Shown piece by piece: positions 59,447 through 64,000 of a stretch of DNA of 64,000 bases. A program made the position numbers and the translations under genes. The notes under the pieces are model-generated. The model ran no database searches. It was not told the origin of the DNA and saw only the letters and a program-made list of their open reading frames with translations. The stretch lies in the NCBI GenBank assembly GCA_040285855.1, contig JAUFOQ010000013.1, forward strand, positions 1,054,001 through 1,118,000. Reading direction: 5' to 3'. Position 1 is the stretch's first letter; each line of letters opens with the position of its first letter. This DNA comes from Eukaryota sp. GEM-RC1 (taxonomy: Eukaryota).

Positions 59447-62329
59447 TCAAGATTCCTGATCTTTCTGGTTTACATGTGAGTCCTTGGGTACATCTTTCTT
59501 AGGCTTATTTGGACAAGTTGTTTTGTTATGTCCAGGTTGAGAACATATACGACACTTGTTAGGACCTCTGACTTTTGTTAGAGGACGCTTTGCTTTACCC
59601 TTACCCTTACTCACAGTCTTTTTCTTAGGAATCTGATCTGTATTCCCGCCATCCACGACAGGTGTTGTTTGAGATTTTGGTCTCTCGAGGATGGCAGGTC
59701 TACCTTGACCTTGAATGGTTCCATTTACAATATTGTAAATATTGATAGCAGAGTTGAAGTCTCTATTCCAGAGGACATGACATTTAGCACATTCAACTAA
59801 GCCCCATGGTGAGACTTTGTTGTTCTTCAATCTTTCTTTCGAAAATGGCAACTGGTCTGTCCATTCTTTTCAAAGTTACGCTCCACAATATTGTCTAATT
59901 GATTGTGTTCCATAATTTCCTTTTTTAATTCTTTCTCTTCCTTCTGTAACTTCTTCTTCCAATGAGGATCTGTGACTTTTATCCTTTCAGGATTGGAACA
60001 GATACCTTCGTCGTTTCTGGAAACACATGCAGAGCAACATTTGCTGGTCTTAAATTCATCAACTAGGAACACTTTAAATCCAAATTTTCTTAATAATTTC
60101 CGAATTGAAGCACCTTTTACAGTAGATGCTTTACCTCTTCTTCGACGAAAAGCAGTGTCGTTCCAGTCTCCATACCCAACAACGACTTCATCTGGGTTTC
60201 CAAACTGGAGAGCAAATCTGTGAAGCATGTTTTTCTCACTTCGTTCCTTTCTTGAATACTGTGTGAGACGATTCCTCCTAAACCACTTTTCTTCGTAAAT
60301 TCCTTCAGTAGTTCTTTGATCAGTAGTGGGTGATCGTAATAAAGAACAGGTAATTTCTTTACCAAGAACAAAATCAGAATACTGAGTCAAATCACAAGAT
60401 CTACTGCCTGGCGAGTTAGAGCCCCATTGATCTAAAATTTGTTGCCCATTTATGTCAATGCGTCTGCCATCTGGAATGTGAATAAATTGAGTAGAATATT
60501 GTTGTAACCGTTCGGATTCAGATAAACGGTGGAGATTGTATCGTCTTATTTTCTTCTCCAGCTTCCTCTTCTTTCTCTTAGCTCTTTTTCTTTCCTTCCT
60601 TGTTTTTTTCTTTTCCATGGAGACTTTTTAATATCGGCATTGCGTTCCCCAGCAGTGTATCTGAATACTTTCCAATTGTCTCGATTTTTCAACTTGACAG
60701 TTGATGGTTTGTCAATAGTAGGTGCGTCTTTCCAATCCTTCAATTCCTTTTTTAATTTTTTCAAGCTTCCTTTTTTCTTTGACGATTTTGGACAAATCTT
60801 TCTTCTTCTGAGATTGGCTGATGTATCGAAACCTTCGATTTTCTTTTCCTCCTTAGATTTTAAAGAAGCACAATACATCAAATCATGCTGATTAGGATCA
60901 ATAGCAACAATTCTTTTTGATTTCAAATTTAAGTTTTGAATTTCTGTGGAACTCAAAGAATCAATGTACCTTTCAGTAGCTGTGTAGTCAACAGCTTTCA
61001 CCTTCTTATGAGGATTTCCTCTCCCATCAAGCAGATCTTTCCGCATCATCATTAAATTACAGCTAACTCCATCTGTAGAAATAGAACTGTATTTGAAGTC
61101 ATGAGACAATGACTTTGGAAGACACTTTGGTTTCAAAACTGAGTGCCAAATATCTTTTCGAACGTCATCAAAGCTACCTTTAATTTCTGATGCATAAACT
61201 TTTTTAAACCATGTAGTATCCAATCTGATATGATTAGGAATCAATGATTTTGTCAGAGGAAAAGGATTATTGGCAGTAACACCAGTACAAGAGTCTTCAA
61301 CAAGACGTTTCAAATACACTGCATGACTTAAGAATTTCAAAGGATCTACTTTTTCAGCATTATAGATTGTTTTCTCCATTTTACCTTCAAAAAAAGTAAA
61401 CAAATAATTAAAAAATAGTAAACTCAGTCTAGAATTGGGATCAGGAAACATTTCAACATCTTGAAAATTAATTTTTGAAATTTCCCCATTAATGATCAAC
61501 TGTCTGACTTCATTAAGCTTTGTACACAACTCTTGTCGTTGATTCTTATCAGTAAGCTTGTTAAGTCTATCTTTTTCAGGGTAACCAAATTAAATACTTG
61601 AAAAACATATTCGTGAAAGTGTTCACTCATGTTATTCTTGTAATTTGTAATAATTTCTGTAGCCATGTAATGCAATATAGGAGATAAACGATGGCTACTG
61701 GGAAACACAATCCTATCAAGTCCAACGGAATCAGCAGCTAGTTCTAAACGAGGAATGTAATGAAACAATAAGTGTTGAGCAAACTGATTTTGAGTTGAGC
61801 CATCATTTGTGTTAGAAATTATGTTTGTTAACGATTCTTGTACAGTCTCAATATGATTCTGATTGTTTACAAGTCTTTCGTCCCTAATCGTCATCATAGA
61901 CAACACTTGTTCCATTGATTTCAACGTAAAAAAATTCTTCCAGTCTGGCAATTCAATTTTGGCAGTTTGAATTTTAGTCCAAAGGTCAGGTTCAGGTTTA
62001 GGTTCATCACTCGCATCTTCAATATTTTCTAATTTAATAGGAGGAGTAGCAGCATGGATAGACTCTGAATGTACATCTGTTTCTTCTTCAGTTGACTCAT
62101 CTGTATCAGAATTCATTTCTTCCTTAACAGTTACATTTGGAACAGTAGCAGGCAGTAACTTCTGAATGTAACCTAAAATACCAGAATGTTGAAAATTATG
62201 AACAAAAAAATGTTTTAAAAAGAGAGTACTACGGACTCGTACTTGATGAGCTCTCTTAACACGAGATTCAATAAATTTAACCTTCACTTTGGATACAACA
62301 TTGTCTAGTCGTTTCTTAACCACTTTCAT
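59447..62329 (-). CDS. Fanzor1-type RNA-guided RuvC endonuclease (~961 aa after three +A corrections)
   Basis: EIITNYKNN..HF, FPL...IPNHIRLDTT, ISTDGVSC, RuvC-I IVAIDPN (D 60897-60899), VVVGYGDW, LVDEFKTSKCCSAC (E 60055-60057), GLVECAKC..WNRDFNSAINI (D 59759-59761), RP..L.R. Breaks at plus-strand T runs 61572-61576, 60603-60609 and 59867-59870. Confidence 0.92.
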
Positions 62330-62729
62330 TGGTGACTTTGAACGTAATGTGAATATGAAGTGCGTCCAAAACTTCATCGTCATAACAGAGAATAGGATGA
62401 TTTTCACTACGTTGGCATTCAGCGACAATACTTTCATAATGTTTGGCAATAATAAAATTCTCAATTTTCCACAGTGAAGGCCAACAACCGGGTGAGCACA
62501 ATTCCTTCTGAATTCGATCGAGAAAAGAGCGTCGTGAACTATTATCTGGCTCAGTGATGACATCTGGAGCAGGATCTGTCAAATGTTCAAAATCATTATC
62601 AATCATTAGATGTTGTAAACATGAACAAACAACCAACCCGTCGAGTTTACCTGACCTAACAAATGGATGTGAATATGTATCATGCCAAACACGACAACAA
62701 CGGTGCCTCCTGATGTTGTGGTACTTCAT
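62316..62729 (-). CDS. Cys/His-rich segment between the 2A peptide and Fanzor (probably part of the same reading unit)
   Basis: 137-aa ORF (HRCCRVWH..SH..CSCLQH). Joins the 2A ORF with one added A at run 62731-62735 and overlaps the Fanzor ATG. Confidence 0.5.
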   Translation of the reverse strand: MKYHNIRRHRCCRVWHDTYSHPFVRSGKLDGLVVCSCLQHLMIDNDFEHLTDPAPDVITEPDNSSRRSFLDRIQKELCSPGCWPSLWKIENFIIAKHYESIVAECQRSENHPILCYDDEVLDALHIHITFKVTNESG

Positions 62730-63055
62730 CTTTTTGTCTTAGATCTTTTAATCTGTTTTCGTAGTGGCTCTTTTCGTATTCGTAGTGGCTGAGTATCATG
62801 TGATAAGGAGGACGAAGCTCTGATTATCTTTGCATCGATCATAGTTGGTCGGGTAGAGGAACCTCGTACAGAACGAGGAGGTCCCGGATTGAGTTCAATA
62901 TCACCATCAACGGAAAGATCACGTATCCACGATGTATTTCCTTCTGTAGAGAGAACACAACACCCCATGTTACAAGACTTCATCTCATCGTCATCATCAA
63001 CTGACCAAGCAGGGGAGAGCGAAATCAGACGACAAGAGGAAGACGTTGTGTCCAT
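62726..63055 (-). CDS. ORF containing the 2A peptide
   Basis: ATG at 63055; a 58-aa leader ends in NPG and continues PPRSVRG...KRSKTK. Confidence 0.55.
   Translation of the reverse strand: MDTTSSSCRLISLSPAWSVDDDDEMKSCNMGCCVLSTEGNTSWIRDLSVDGDIELNPGPPRSVRGSSTRPTMIDAKIIRASSSLSHDTQPLRIRKEPLRKQIKRSKTKR
62879..62929 (-). other. 2A-like StopGo (ribosomal skipping) peptide
   Basis: WIRDLSVDGDIELNPG/P: exact D(V/I)ExNPGP consensus with the upstream W..DL..DG pattern seen in insect-virus 2As. Confidence 0.85.
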
Positions 63056-63420
63056 TGAAGTGACAGAGCAAGCGGCGGTAAGATACCCGGAAGAAGAGAA
63101 GGGAAATGAGCAGAGAGACGCTGAGAAGCAAACAACACCCCATGTTACAAGACTTCATCTCATCGTCATCATCAACTGACCAAGCAGGGGAAAGCGAAAT
63201 CAGACGACAAGAAGAGATTGTGTCCATGGAGGTGTCAGAGCAAGCGGCGGTAAGATACCCGGGAGAAGAGAAGGGAAAGGAGTAGAGAGAAGAGCAGGGA
63301 AAGGAGCAGAGAGAAGCGGAAAGCAAACAACACCCCATGTTACAAGACTTCATCTCATCGTCATCATCAACTGACCAAGCAGGGGAAAGCGAAATCAGAC
63401 GACAAGAGGAAGACATTGTG
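62957..63420. repeat. Tandem repeat, ~2.5 copies of a 175/195-bp unit
   Basis: ACAACACCCCATGTTACAAGACTTCATCTCATCGTCATCATCAACTGACCAAGCAGGGG recurs at 62957, 63132 and 63327. Confidence 0.95.
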
Positions 63421-63709
63421 TGTGAGGTGGTTGAAGTAGAGGAACACATTCTTACAGACAAATGTAATTTGTACTTTGAACAATCTAGACTATCTATAGA
63501 TAGACATGACATGGACGTGAATGGATTTAGATAATCTTATCCAACTACATCGTTGTACATTTGCATGCAAATCAGTGATATCTCTCCCCTTTCTATCTAT
63601 TGAATTAAAAGATCAAGCTGAATATTGTTAACTGGACACTGTATCTTCACTTACTGTAAGATTATGTGTGATATGTTAATAAATGAAGCACTGTATTTAT
63701 TATCATTTA

Positions 63710-64000
63710 TTACAAAGAAGAATGCTGATAATATAAAACATAACCAGTCGATGAAATGTCAGTTAACGCTGTACGTTCATCTACAATTTGCTTTGATACA
63801 TTATTGGTATCATGCAAGAACCAAGAACCATCTACTACCTTTGTATATGTTACACAATGACTGTTAGTTTGAAAACCGTGACAGCAAATGGCAGAGAACA
63901 GTTTGTAAGTGTATAACGGATCATTTGTTCGAGTTACCACACTGTGGTGTCTTTGAAAGGATTTTCGTTCCCAATCACGACCTGTACCAAAAGACTTACT
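63710..64000 (-). CDS. C-terminal part of a USP (peptidase C19)-like domain, runs off the window
   Basis: YKLFSAICCHG..NSHCVTYTK..GSWFLHDTNNV...GYVLYYQ follows the USP His-box layout; the frame is open to base 64000. Confidence 0.65.
   Translation of the reverse strand, partial: SKSFGTGRDWERKSFQRHHSVVTRTNDPLYTYKLFSAICCHGFQTNSHCVTYTKVVDGSWFLHDTNNVSKQIVDERTALTDISSTGYVLYYQHSSL

Noticed and set aside
59447..62329. Prokaryotic IS200/605 TnpB or Cas12 from contamination
   Set aside because: Fanzor1-type motifs and size, no TnpA or CRISPR array, and contiguity with eukaryotic genes and hAT elements.
62330..62563. ORF-track N-terminal extension of Fanzor (MSSLSQII...)
   Set aside because: It starts at an off-frame position and reads like a shadow of the overlapping 137-aa ORF; Fanzor similarity begins near MKVVKKRL (62329).
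5196..62735. Widespread frameshifts as programmed ribosomal frameshifting or mass pseudogenisation
   Set aside because: Breaks go in both directions, sit mostly in G, A or T homopolymers, share no motif and hit essential genes (VPS4, PK). Long-read indel errors are the simplest explanation.
1..64000. Non-standard genetic code
   Set aside because: TAA, TAG and TGA each terminate conserved genes at expected positions (AP2M, CHMP1, VPS4).

Overview
AT-rich, gene-dense, nearly intron-free DNA from a microbial eukaryote that uses the standard genetic code. A metamonad-like protist is plausible, but that is inference only. Housekeeping genes recognised: SAP30-like, PAN2, VPS4, tRNA-Cys(GCA), TmcB-like membrane protein, pyruvate kinase, AP-2 mu, Sm D2 (27-nt intron), serine carboxypeptidase, CHMP1, a triple-domain purine nucleoside phosphorylase, PNKP, Spp1/CFP1-like and RanBP9/10-like. 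The intergenic DNA carries nested hAT-type elements, several with clean 8-bp TSDs, and fragments of RLE-type non-LTR retrotransposons. Many genes are split by single-base indels, mostly in homopolymers, which are most likely assembly errors. The most notable region is 57.7-64 kb on the minus strand. It holds an unusually long (~960 aa) Fanzor1-type RNA-guided RuvC nuclease with an intact D-E-D triad and a C-terminal CCHC knuckle. Upstream lie a viral-type 2A StopGo peptide (WIRDLSVDGDIELNPG/P), tandem repeats and a USP-like protease fragment. Downstream lie a long stem-loop (candidate omegaRNA) and a hAT-like CAGTGTT terminus that has been split by a younger nested hAT insertion.
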